DNA of 64,000 nt from an uncultured Nitrososphaerota archaeon (GTDB taxonomy: Archaea > Thermoproteota > Methanomethylicia > Culexarchaeales > Culexmicrobiaceae): assembly GCA_964497155.1 (NCBI GenBank), contig CAZCCB010000001.1:32766-96765 (forward strand). Reading direction: 5' to 3'. The notes under the pieces were generated by a model. That model saw nothing but the letters and a program-made list of their open reading frames with translations, was not told the origin of the DNA and did no database searches. A program made the translations under genes and the position numbers. Shown in pieces: positions 38,020 through 47,173 of this stretch. Position 1 is the first letter of the stretch; every line of letters begins with the position of its first letter.

Positions 38020-38797
38020 GAAATTAATTGTTGGGCAAGCAGACGTTATTTCAATAGTTATTTTAACGTCGATCATTATCATATTAGCTATTTCAGTCTT
38101 AAATTATGCTGTTTTTTCACTTGAAAAAGCCGCTCAACAAGCTGAATTTGAAAAAGTCAAGAACATTTTAAGGGAAATGGCATTTTATACAGTTGATTCA
38201 GTAATTAATGGAATTAATTATGAAATATCATTTCCAACTAGAACTACTAGACTTAACTTCATAACTTCAAAATACAAGTTGAGATTAGAAATTTACGGTT
38301 TATCTAAGAAACCAATTGAACGTATTGTTGATGATGAAATTATTGAAGTAATATGCTTGGGTGGAGAATTTGTTTCTCCTTATGAGGAAGTTATTGTTGG
38401 TTTAAGAGGTAGAGTTGCATTTATTAATGATATTTATACAACGCCATTAGTTGTGGTAAATTATAATGAATTTTTCGGTAGAACAGCAGTATCACTAAAT
38501 TTTTCAAGACTATTAATTCAAGACTATAAATTCTCTAATAATATGATTTTAGATTTAACTTATATCGATATTTCATGGACTTCAAAGGGAGAGGTAAGTC
38601 TAGGTAAAATTAGCATTATTTACATTGGGTCAAGTAATGATGTAATTTATGAGGAATATGTAAAGAAACCCATTAAAGTCATGTTAAAACTATATTTGGA
38701 TTCTAAGTTGCTTGATGAAACCGTTATTGAAGTTAATGGGAAAACCTATTTTACTATTAGACTCGTAACTCATAAAGTTCAATATATATTGAGGTGA
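38012..38797 (+). CDS. pilin-like protein with N-terminal class III-type signal peptide (putative minor pilin/assembly protein)
   Basis: N-terminus MVKKLIVGQADVISIVILTSIIIILAISV: a basic residue, G-Q, then a hydrophobic helix. The rest is beta-rich. The start overlaps the TadC-like stop. Confidence 0.45.
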   Translation: MVKKLIVGQADVISIVILTSIIIILAISVLNYAVFSLEKAAQQAEFEKVKNILREMAFYTVDSVINGINYEISFPTRTTRLNFITSKYKLRLEIYGLSKKPIERIVDDEIIEVICLGGEFVSPYEEVIVGLRGRVAFINDIYTTPLVVVNYNEFFGRTAVSLNFSRLLIQDYKFSNNMILDLTYIDISWTSKGEVSLGKISIIYIGSSNDVIYEEYVKKPIKVMLKLYLDSKLLDETVIEVNGKTYFTIRLVTHKVQYILR

Positions 38798-38801
38798 TTT
38801 C

Positions 38802-39272
38802 ATGCCGAAATCGCCAGTAACAACAATTATTGGATTAACAATGCTATCAATAATATTCATGATAATACTTCAATATTCAATAACCTTAACTCTAACCTAT
38901 GAGGAGAGAATTGCTGAAAAAGAATTGAAAGTCATTGCAAATAGTATTGTAAGTCAAATAATGGATGCATTAACTCTAGCTGAAAACCTAAATGAAAATG
39001 GAGAAGTCCAAGTTAAATTAGAAATACCTGAGGAATGCAGTTTAGGTCATTATGAAATAACATTAACTAATCAAGATAATACTCCAGTAATTATATTAAA
39101 ACCGATTACTAGACCAATACCTAAAATAACTTTGGAACTCCTAATTTCTAAGAGGAAAGTTTCAATAACAACTACAGTTGTTTATAGTGGAGCTAAATGG
39201 AATTACATTAAAGTCAGAAATGTAAATGGAATATTCCATGTTCAATTAGTCCATATTGGTGGTGAAACTTGA
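38802..39272 (+). CDS. pilin-like protein with N-terminal hydrophobic helix
   Basis: MPKSPVTTIIGLTMLSIIFMIILQYS N-terminal helix, then a beta-rich domain of about 130 aa. Translationally coupled to its neighbours. Confidence 0.4.
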   Translation: MPKSPVTTIIGLTMLSIIFMIILQYSITLTLTYEERIAEKELKVIANSIVSQIMDALTLAENLNENGEVQVKLEIPEECSLGHYEITLTNQDNTPVIILKPITRPIPKITLELLISKRKVSITTTVVYSGAKWNYIKVRNVNGIFHVQLVHIGGET

Positions 39273-40342
39273 AGGAACCAATCGAATTTTCAATAGCTTC
39301 AATGACAATAATACTCATATTACTATTAACTGTAAATCTATTAAACTTAATATATAGTGTGGAATTTAAAGTCAATATTAAAGCTAAATCTCTAATGAAT
39401 AAATTAGAATTAACAATAGGATCACCATCAAATTGGGATGAATCAATAATTTTAGGAGGCAAAATAGTAGATTTTGGATTAAGCTCATTAAATGGATTAT
39501 CATTAGATAAGGATAAAGTTAACTTAATAACATATAATTATATTGGTTCAATAAAATTTTTACGTAAAAATCCATTATACATAGATCCATTAGCCTTTAA
39601 AAAACTATTAAATATTAAGAATAAAGAGTTTAGATTGGATTTTAAACCAGCATTAAATATTACAATTAAAGTTTCTAGAATTAAGCTAAAGTATAGAATT
39701 GAGGTTAAAATATATGATTTAAATGGAAAAGATTTAACTTCAAAAGCTTCAATTACATATCTAATAGTTTATAGTTATCGTTTAGAAACTAAATATGCCA
39801 TCTATATTAATGGGCCACCATCTATAAGTGTTAGCGGATCAATCAGAGCTTTAGCTGTAATTGCAAATGTCAATGGAATAAAATCAATAGCATATTGGCT
39901 CTATAAGTTCATTCCATTTGGAATTATAATAGGTTCATACATAATTTCTCCTATTCCGCTTTCTTTAGCTGAGGGAACATTGCTCTTTTGCGAATATATG
40001 GGTAAAGACTTTAAGTGTAATGTGAAGTTAAGATTTATAGACCGTATTGGTGAAATCTTCATTTATAAGTTTTATAATGATAATTGGAGTAAAGTAGTTA
40101 GTCATAATATTGATGATAAGGTTGTAATGCTAATTGTAAATACAATTAGATTTAAAGTATTACTCTCAATTTTCCTTGCATATTCAGCTCCAATATACTA
40201 TGATAATAATTTCTCAGGTTTGCCAAAATTAAGTTATGGGAATCTCAATCTACCAGTCGAGTATTCAGTCGAGAGAAGATTTGTATTAATTGGAGAAATG
40301 AATTATGAAATTAAGCTTTACTTATGGAGGATTGAGAAATGA
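39269..40342 (+). CDS. pilin-like/pilus-associated protein with N-terminal hydrophobic helix
   Basis: MKEPIEFSIASMTIILILLLTVNLL N-terminus, then a beta-rich domain. 4-nt overlap (ATGA) with the upstream gene. Confidence 0.4.
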   Translation: MKEPIEFSIASMTIILILLLTVNLLNLIYSVEFKVNIKAKSLMNKLELTIGSPSNWDESIILGGKIVDFGLSSLNGLSLDKDKVNLITYNYIGSIKFLRKNPLYIDPLAFKKLLNIKNKEFRLDFKPALNITIKVSRIKLKYRIEVKIYDLNGKDLTSKASITYLIVYSYRLETKYAIYINGPPSISVSGSIRALAVIANVNGIKSIAYWLYKFIPFGIIIGSYIISPIPLSLAEGTLLFCEYMGKDFKCNVKLRFIDRIGEIFIYKFYNDNWSKVVSHNIDDKVVMLIVNTIRFKVLLSIFLAYSAPIYYDNNFSGLPKLSYGNLNLPVEYSVERRFVLIGEMNYEIKLYLWRIEK

Positions 40343-40737
40343 GAAGAGGACAAATATTCCTAGTCAGTGCATTTGCTGCAGTAATTATCGTATTAATGTT
40401 TATTTCAGTAGCAATGCAAATTGGAGAATTAACTACAATTAGAACTGAAAATAGGAAATTAATTGATAATGGCTTACTTGCTATTCAAGCAATTATCAAG
40501 TCAGGAGCTATAGAAAAGCTAATTGAAGATAGAGATGATATTCCAATTAGAAATTTAATGGAAACGCTATTGCCTTCAAACACTTACTATTCTTTAACAT
40601 TAACTTGTGATTCCAATAAAATTGAAATTTACAATAAACCTAATTTTGAACCTAAAGTAACAATTAAATATATTTATACTAGTGTTGATTTAAAAACAAT
40701 TTTCACAATAACTTTGAGATTATCGATTGGTGGTTGA
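40339..40737 (+). CDS. pilin-like protein with canonical class III signal peptide
   Basis: MRRGQIFLVSAFAAVIIVLMFISVAM has the (K/R)G|Q prepilin peptidase motif. 132 aa. Confidence 0.55.
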   Translation: MRRGQIFLVSAFAAVIIVLMFISVAMQIGELTTIRTENRKLIDNGLLAIQAIIKSGAIEKLIEDRDDIPIRNLMETLLPSNTYYSLTLTCDSNKIEIYNKPNFEPKVTIKYIYTSVDLKTIFTITLRLSIGG

Positions 40738-41455
40738 ATTGAAAGGTCAATTTACAATATTATCTGCAGTAACATTAATGATTGCTATAATAACAATTTC
40801 AATAATAATTGCCAATGCAAATTTGAGATTGAGAAGGTATCAGGAATATTCATTACCACCAATTATAATTAATATTCTTCAAGATTATTCAAGAATGTTA
40901 TCAGCATCACTTTCTAAGGCTACTAATGAAGCGTACTCAGTAATTTATCTTAAGAGAGGAAATATTAATTATGCAGTTAAGAAAGCTGAAGATATTTCAA
41001 AGAATTTCGTTGATAAATGGATTAAATCATTTATTGATGCTTATGCTGGATTGGGAGTAAATCTCAATGTTAAAGTTAAGTTAGATTTAAGGTGGAGTAA
41101 GGGTACTTCATGGGCTTCTATATTAACTGGAGAATTAATTGTAGAAATTCCATCAATTGGCTTTAAATTAAATAGAATTATTAAGCAAGCTGGCATATCA
41201 ATTGAAAGAGTTTTTATTAGTAAGATTGGAAAACAGTACTATTTGCATGTTGTTGGGATAAGTTTGGATGAGGGGAGAGGTATTCCACTCAAAATTGAAA
41301 AATTAATTATTGATGGTAGAGAAGTTAATTTTTATCATTACTATCTTGGTGGTGGATTAAATAGGTATCTAATTAAAGTGCGTGAAATTCATAGATATGT
41401 TGAGGGTTATTTTGAATATAACAATATAATTATTCGAGTTTACCTGGAAATTTAA
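40727..41455 (+). CDS. pilin-like protein with canonical class III signal peptide
   Basis: MVVELKGQFTILSAVTLMIAIITISIIIANA has the KG|Q motif followed by a hydrophobic helix. Confidence 0.55.
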   Translation: MVVELKGQFTILSAVTLMIAIITISIIIANANLRLRRYQEYSLPPIIINILQDYSRMLSASLSKATNEAYSVIYLKRGNINYAVKKAEDISKNFVDKWIKSFIDAYAGLGVNLNVKVKLDLRWSKGTSWASILTGELIVEIPSIGFKLNRIIKQAGISIERVFISKIGKQYYLHVVGISLDEGRGIPLKIEKLIIDGREVNFYHYYLGGGLNRYLIKVREIHRYVEGYFEYNNIIIRVYLEI

Positions 41456-42588
41456 GTTTTAACTTCAACTTCAAATGGAATTCTCAATCTCAATTCTGCT
41501 AATATCCATCTAGCTTCATCAATTAATTTCTTCTTAACGGCTTTTACATTTGGACGTCTAAAGCTGAATCCTTTCTTCCTAATTTTTACCTTAAATCTTA
41601 TGATATCATCTGATGCATCAACATTTAAATCTTCAAGTTCATATCCGAGAACATCTAAGACTTCCAGAAAATATTCATTAGCCTTAGCTATAATTTTATC
41701 AATTTTTTCCTCAATTTCTTTTCTCTTAATTTTCTCCTCTACTTTTTCTTCAGTTATGGGTGCTTTTGTAATTATTTTTCCCTTTAATTCCTCTTCCAAT
41801 CTTAAAATTGGTATCTTTATTTTTGCTTCTTCAAGTACTTTTATTGGGTCAATTTCAACTTCGTAGATTAAAATTTCAAATGAACCATATCCAGTTAGAG
41901 CTCTAGGATTAAGCATTATTTTTAGGGCTTCAATTCCAGTGATAGTGCTGCCATCAGCTTTATAGATTACTGCAGCTAATACTTCTCTATTTCTAATTAG
42001 AATTTCAAGACTTCTCCATATTTCCGATTCACTAATTGTAGCTATAATGTATCTTGTAGAATTGGTACTAGCTTCAATTTCATTGGCTATTACTGAAGAT
42101 AAGTTAGTCATATTTATTGCCATTTGAGCTCTAACATCTAAGTGAACGCTATTTACTATAAATAATGTTTTAATGGGAATTATGGCTGCAAGTCTAACAC
42201 TATACTCTTCAATTTTATTATGAATATTAATTGGAATTTTCTTTTCCCCTAACAATTTTATTTTAGCTGTTGGGACAATATCTAAATCACTATCTATTTC
42301 ATCTACTGTAAGTTCATAAACTTCAATAAATCCAACAGCTTCCCTAAGAATTTCATTGAGCTCATTCCAAGCGGCATCACCTTCTAGGTGAGCATCATTT
42401 CTTAATAGAGCTAGAACGGGACTACCTTCTTTAAAATCAACATAAACTTCATAGCTTCTACCACTAGATATTATTAAGCCTTGAATTCTAACATTGGCCT
42501 TATTATTCCTAATATCCTCTATTAAATCTGATAGAGATTCCTCAGCTAAATTAATCATATCTACTAGTTTACCTCTACTTTTAAGCAA
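41452..42588 (-). CDS. hypothetical soluble protein co-transcribed downstream of the pilus ATPase (UpsX/accessory-like position)
   Basis: 378 aa with no TM segment and a charged coiled-coil stretch (EEKVEEKIKRKEIEEKIDKI). Lies 79 nt downstream of the ATPase gene on the same strand. Confidence 0.4.
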   Translation of the reverse strand: MLKSRGKLVDMINLAEESLSDLIEDIRNNKANVRIQGLIISSGRSYEVYVDFKEGSPVLALLRNDAHLEGDAAWNELNEILREAVGFIEVYELTVDEIDSDLDIVPTAKIKLLGEKKIPINIHNKIEEYSVRLAAIIPIKTLFIVNSVHLDVRAQMAINMTNLSSVIANEIEASTNSTRYIIATISESEIWRSLEILIRNREVLAAVIYKADGSTITGIEALKIMLNPRALTGYGSFEILIYEVEIDPIKVLEEAKIKIPILRLEEELKGKIITKAPITEEKVEEKIKRKEIEEKIDKIIAKANEYFLEVLDVLGYELEDLNVDASDDIIRFKVKIRKKGFSFRRPNVKAVKKKLIDEARWILAELRLRIPFEVEVKT

Positions 42589-42667
42589 TTATGTATTAAC
42601 CTCCAATTATTCTCACGTCTATCATATGTCAAATCTAATATATAAAGCATTTAAAAGTGACGCAAAA

Positions 42668-44254
42668 TTATTTAACATAAATTTTACTTAACTTGCTAGT
42701 CCCTTTTACAACCATTTCATAAATACTTTTTGGATCATAGTAATATTTGAAAATATATTTGCTTACCTCCCATGGATCATAAATCTGTCTCTCCTTAAGC
42801 CATCTTAAAACTTCAGCTCTCCTAAATATTTCATTCTTTAATTCGGTAATAGTTCTACCAGTCTTCATACTAATTTCCTTTAAAAGAATTGAATTATCTA
42901 AATTTACTTCATGAACATCCTTAACTGGATTCCATTTAGAAATAATTCTATAATCATTATAATCAGCTATTTCCTGAACAATACTAACTCTCCTAGCAAC
43001 TTTTACTTTACCTTCACTAACTCTAGTAATGACTCTTTGAATATGCATGAAGATATTCATTAATTTAATATATGGTGGTGGAATATTCATTGGAGGTGAA
43101 GTTAATCTCTTAATTGCATAATCAAGGGTTTCAGCATGAATGGTTGATAATCCTCCATGTCCTGTTGCCATTGCCTGAAATAATACGTATGCTTCTTCAC
43201 CTCTAACTTCACCGACAATTAAGTAGTCTGGTCTATATCTTAAGCTTAATTTAACTAAATCGAAGAGTTCAATTTCACCAGCCTTAACACCAATAGTATA
43301 TACTGGTCTAACTGTGAGTTGAACCCAATTTTCATGAGGTAAATTTAATTCCGGCGTATCTTCAACAGTAACTATTTTCATTCCAGGCTTAATAAATAGG
43401 CTTAAAGCATTGAGAAGAGTGGTTTTACCTGCACCAGTCCCACCTGCAATCATTAATGTCCTACCATATTCAAGCATAAGCCAAATATAAGCTGCAATAA
43501 GTTCATTAATAACACCAGTTGCAATAAGTTCAACTGGTGAAAATGGCTTCTCCCTAAACTTTCTAATAGTAAATGTTGGACCCATAGGACTAATTTCAGT
43601 ACCAAATGTAGCTGCAAATCTATGCTTTCCGGGAAGCATTGCATCGAGGACGGGGTAAGCCAAACTAATATGCTTACCAGCCATATGAGCTAATTTCAAT
43701 ATAAATTCATTTAAAGTAGTTAAATCCCTAAAAACGATATTTGTAGGAATGCTTTCATAACGTCTATGCCAAACATAGATAGGCTTACCAACACCATCAC
43801 AACTAATATCCTCAATATATGGATCACGCATTAAAGGCTCAATAGGACCATAACCAAGTAAGTCACGTTCAATATAATAGAAAATCTTAGCTCTCCTAGC
43901 ACCAACCAAACCTAATTTACCACGATATTTTTCAGATAAACGTCTTAATTCACTGAAAATATAGCTCCTAAAATCTTCAAAAACTTCAGCTGGCTGAAGC
44001 TCCTCAATAAGTAATTCAACAAGCTTATCAAAAACCTCCCTTTCTTCATCACTCAACTTATATTCATCAACATAGTAAAGTAAGCTTCCCTCCTTAAGAA
44101 ACCTAATAATATCAACTCTAACAAATGGTTCATAAACCCAATAGCTCTCTATAACTTCAAATTCTCCTTCTAAAGGTAAATATTCGATATTACTCCAATC
44201 CATACCAATTTTACTTTCATATCTACTTTTACTGGCTTTAATCACATATTTCAC
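42668..44254 (-). CDS. type IV filament assembly ATPase (FlaI/TadA/GspE-VirB11 family)
   Basis: Walker A IAGGTGAGKTTLLNALSLFI and Walker B/Asp box (VTVEDTPEL). His box region and conserved N-terminal domain are present. 528 aa. Confidence 0.8.
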   Translation of the reverse strand: MKYVIKASKSRYESKIGMDWSNIEYLPLEGEFEVIESYWVYEPFVRVDIIRFLKEGSLLYYVDEYKLSDEEREVFDKLVELLIEELQPAEVFEDFRSYIFSELRRLSEKYRGKLGLVGARRAKIFYYIERDLLGYGPIEPLMRDPYIEDISCDGVGKPIYVWHRRYESIPTNIVFRDLTTLNEFILKLAHMAGKHISLAYPVLDAMLPGKHRFAATFGTEISPMGPTFTIRKFREKPFSPVELIATGVINELIAAYIWLMLEYGRTLMIAGGTGAGKTTLLNALSLFIKPGMKIVTVEDTPELNLPHENWVQLTVRPVYTIGVKAGEIELFDLVKLSLRYRPDYLIVGEVRGEEAYVLFQAMATGHGGLSTIHAETLDYAIKRLTSPPMNIPPPYIKLMNIFMHIQRVITRVSEGKVKVARRVSIVQEIADYNDYRIISKWNPVKDVHEVNLDNSILLKEISMKTGRTITELKNEIFRRAEVLRWLKERQIYDPWEVSKYIFKYYYDPKSIYEMVVKGTSKLSKIYVK

Positions 44255-44337
44255 CCATAAACAAAATAGTAAACGAATATAAATAATTTAACATCAAAAA
44301 ATTATACTTTAAAAAAATTTATAAGGAAGCAATACAA

Positions 44338-44901
44338 ATGTTCGACGGTGGGAGAATGAATAGGAGAGGAGTCTCTCCTGTAATAGCTACAGTAATAATA
44401 GTAGCAGTAGCAATTGCAATAACAGTTGCAGTAGCATTCTGGATGACAGGTATAATAGGAACATTTACCCGCCATGAAGAATTAAAATTAACAGGATACG
44501 TATTACAGGCAAATACTGATTTAGAGAGATCAGGCGATGGAAAGAATGATTGGGCATTAATAATTAAAGTAAAGAATACTGGAACAACAGATGCAACCCT
44601 AACAGAATTAATGATAAATGGAAAACCATTCAGTACATATTCATACTCATACGATTGCAATCAAGGAAAACTAAAATCAACATACATTCCAGGACTACCA
44701 TCAGGTTCAGGAGTATATAAGGTAGAGAAAGATTCAGATTGGAAGCCTGGAACAAACACCATAAGAGTATCATCAGGAACAGAAGTAACCCTAATAATAC
44801 CAATCACAACTAGAGATGGATTCACTCCTGGAACAAGTATTGAAGTTAAAGTTGTATCTGCATCCGGAATCGAATATCCAAAGACATTGGTTCTCCCATA
44901 A
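44338..44901 (+). CDS. pilin (candidate major subunit) with class III signal peptide
   Basis: MFDGGRMNRRGVSPVIATVIIVAVAIAITVAVAFW has RRG followed by an archaellin/pilin-type hydrophobic N-terminal helix. The mature part is beta-rich and Thr/Ser-rich. The true start may be the second Met. Confidence 0.65.
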   Translation: MFDGGRMNRRGVSPVIATVIIVAVAIAITVAVAFWMTGIIGTFTRHEELKLTGYVLQANTDLERSGDGKNDWALIIKVKNTGTTDATLTELMINGKPFSTYSYSYDCNQGKLKSTYIPGLPSGSGVYKVEKDSDWKPGTNTIRVSSGTEVTLIIPITTRDGFTPGTSIEVKVVSASGIEYPKTLVLP

Positions 44902-44945
44902 ACAAGTTTGGTAATTGAAGTAGCTTCTGACATCACTTAAGCTCC

Positions 44946-44982
44946 CACCTTTTTTGCATATCACATAAAACAATGTGCAAAA
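44946..44982. terminator. T-run plus imperfect palindrome downstream of the pilin gene (possible terminator/operator)
   Basis: TTTTTTGCATAT-cacataaaaca-ATGTGCAAAAAAAA. This is a 6-bp stem flanked by a T-run on the 5' side and an A-run on the 3' side, 45 nt after the pilin stop. Confidence 0.3.
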
Positions 44983-45217
44983 AAAAGGAATAAATTATAG
45001 TAAATTTTCAATATAAAATGCTAGTAAATGCAATTTTTAGGAAAAATTTATATATTTCTTTTTCATATTTTTGCATGAGAATAATTTGTAAGAATATATT
45101 GGAAATCTCTAAGGTAGCTGTGTCACTATTTTTTATTTTTTACAAAAGAGCTCCATTGTATTTTTTGAAAATTCTTAAGAAAGCTTATATAACATTTGTT
45201 TAACAAGAACATCCGAT

Positions 45218-45412
45218 ATGCCAACCAAGAGTAGTGCCCGTAAATCGCAGGTAATTGCGGTTAGAGTAACTCCTAAGATAAAGGAAATTATAGTACAAGT
45301 AGCTAGAAGTGAGGGTCTAGACGTATCGGAGTGGATTAGACATTTAATTGTTAGTGAATTAAGAAGAAGAGGTATATTATCCCCATTACCGACAATCACT
45401 GAAATTAGGTAA
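45218..45412 (+). CDS. ribbon-helix-helix-like small DNA-binding protein
   Basis: VIAVRVTPKIKEIIVQVARSEGLDVSEWIRHLIVSELRR shows a beta-strand plus two helices pattern typical of RHH/CopG proteins. Directly upstream of a KaiC-like ATPase. Confidence 0.5.
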   Translation: MPTKSSARKSQVIAVRVTPKIKEIIVQVARSEGLDVSEWIRHLIVSELRRRGILSPLPTITEIR

Positions 45413-45436
45413 ATGAATTAGGGGAGGGTAATAGTA

Positions 45437-46561
45437 TTGTATGAGAATACAGAGCGAGTATTAACAGGTATTCCAGAATTTGATAGATTGGTTGGAGGAG
45501 GATTTCCGAAGGGAAGCATAATATTATTGGCTGGAGATCCTGGTGCTGGTAAAACAATTTTCTCGGCAACTTTTCTATATAAGGGTGCTACCGAATTTAA
45601 TGAGCCAGGAGTATACGTATGCTTTGCTGAAGATAGGGAAACTTTCCTTAACAATATGAGTAAGCTCGGCATGGATTTTAAGAGATTAATGTGGGAGAGA
45701 AAAATTGATGTCCTAGATTTATCTATTGGAACAGAATTTGAAGTCCAGACAATTTTAAATAAAATACTTAATAGCCTAAATAGTTTAAAGGCTAAGAGAC
45801 TTGTAATAGATTCAATAACAGCAATACTAGTTTCACTGAAAAGCGAAGTTGAGAGAAGATATCTTGCAAGGCTATTATATAAAATTATTAAACGTGTAAA
45901 TTGTACTGCAATCCTAATTGCAGATAAACCATGGAGGCAAAATATTATTGGTTCAGAAATACTTGAATTTGTTTCAGATGGAATAATTATAATGGAAACA
46001 TATTATGATGCCAGCAATTTTCTTAGAAGGAGAATTCAAATTTTAAAGATGAGAGGAACTGGGCATTCATTAGAAGCTCATGAATATGTTATAACCAGTA
46101 GTGGAATAAAATTTCTATTAAAAGTTGAAGAGGCATACCAATATGTCTTAAAAAAGGAGTCAATTCATAAAATATTGGAACCATTAGTTAATGAGGGATG
46201 GCAATATAAGGCTCCAGCTAAAATAACTGGTAGAAGTGGATTAAAACATGAATTTACATTAGCATTATGGAATCCTGGAAATCCATCAAAGGAAGATTCT
46301 CCAGATGTCATTGTAGACGTTTACATATCATCAACTGAAAGAGAAATAAATGAAATTCCAATATTAAAAACATTTACAAAAGAATTTGATATAAGAAATA
46401 ACAATAAGGAGATTGGAAAATATATCATAGCTGTCCCATCAGTAAATAGCTTTGGAAAATCATTATCGAAACAATTCAACATAAAAATTCTAGAGGCCAA
46501 TTCAGTGAAATATGTTGAATCAAAGTTAAGGGAAATCGCTAACGAACTAATATTTCACTAA
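45437..46561 (+). CDS. KaiC-like RecA-superfamily ATPase with C-terminal extension
   Basis: GIPEFDRLVGGGFPKGSIILLAGDPGAGKTIFSATF Walker A. 374 aa, with the KaiC/RadA-paralog domain followed by a domain of about 130 aa. Confidence 0.65.
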   Translation: MYENTERVLTGIPEFDRLVGGGFPKGSIILLAGDPGAGKTIFSATFLYKGATEFNEPGVYVCFAEDRETFLNNMSKLGMDFKRLMWERKIDVLDLSIGTEFEVQTILNKILNSLNSLKAKRLVIDSITAILVSLKSEVERRYLARLLYKIIKRVNCTAILIADKPWRQNIIGSEILEFVSDGIIIMETYYDASNFLRRRIQILKMRGTGHSLEAHEYVITSSGIKFLLKVEEAYQYVLKKESIHKILEPLVNEGWQYKAPAKITGRSGLKHEFTLALWNPGNPSKEDSPDVIVDVYISSTEREINEIPILKTFTKEFDIRNNNKEIGKYIIAVPSVNSFGKSLSKQFNIKILEANSVKYVESKLREIANELIFH

Positions 46562-46711
46562 TACTTCAAAATTAAACAAATGAACTATAGTGATGAAGTA
46601 GAATAATCTATTTGCTAATGCTTATTAATCATTGCTAATTTATGGAAATATTTAAATGAATTAAGCTAATTTTTTGCATATTACAGCAATTTATCGAAAA
46701 ATTTTATATAT

Positions 46712-47134
46712 TTGAATTTCCATCTTTTTGTAGGTGATTATATGTTAAACACTAGGAAGCTTAAACGAATATTACTAGTATTTCTAATTGCTTTAGCTAT
46801 TGCTAATGCCCATCCATCTGCCCTAGCATTAAGTTTCAACATGCCGAAAATTAAGATTAAAGAAATTAGCTATGAAGACGATCTTACATGCGTAACCTTA
46901 TTGATCAAGTATAAAGGTGAAAAGCAATATGTAACAGTTGAAACTTCAAGTTTAACTCCAATAGTAACCGTAGATTACGATTTAGAAAATCATGTAGTTA
47001 AAGTATATGTACTGCCAAATCTAGGTGGAGAATTGATTGAAGTTGCTAATTTCCAAATTGGAGATTGGACAGTAATAATTTATGTTGATCCTCCAGGTGG
47101 AACTGAAGGTCCAATTGGCAGTGGAGACGATTAA
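46712..47134 (+). CDS. small secreted protein (signal peptide), function unknown
   Basis: N-terminal KLKRILLVFLIALAIANAHPSALA signal peptide-like segment. 140 aa, beta-rich. Confidence 0.4.
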   Translation: MNFHLFVGDYMLNTRKLKRILLVFLIALAIANAHPSALALSFNMPKIKIKEISYEDDLTCVTLLIKYKGEKQYVTVETSSLTPIVTVDYDLENHVVKVYVLPNLGGELIEVANFQIGDWTVIIYVDPPGGTEGPIGSGDD

Positions 47135-47173
47135 ACCAGTAACTCTACTTTAACTTTATTTGGAGGTAAATTA

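Noticed and set aside
44319-44973. Three minus-strand ORFs (44319-44660, 44661-44936, 44791-44973) overlapping the pilin gene.
   Set aside because: They lie antisense to an ORF with a clear class III signal peptide and pilin-like composition, and none has a recognisable motif.
46562-46711. Perfect C-box-like GTGATGA in the intergenic region upstream of 46712.
   Set aside because: No D/D' box at 12-nt spacing, no terminal stem and no GC enrichment, so it is probably a chance match in promoter sequence.
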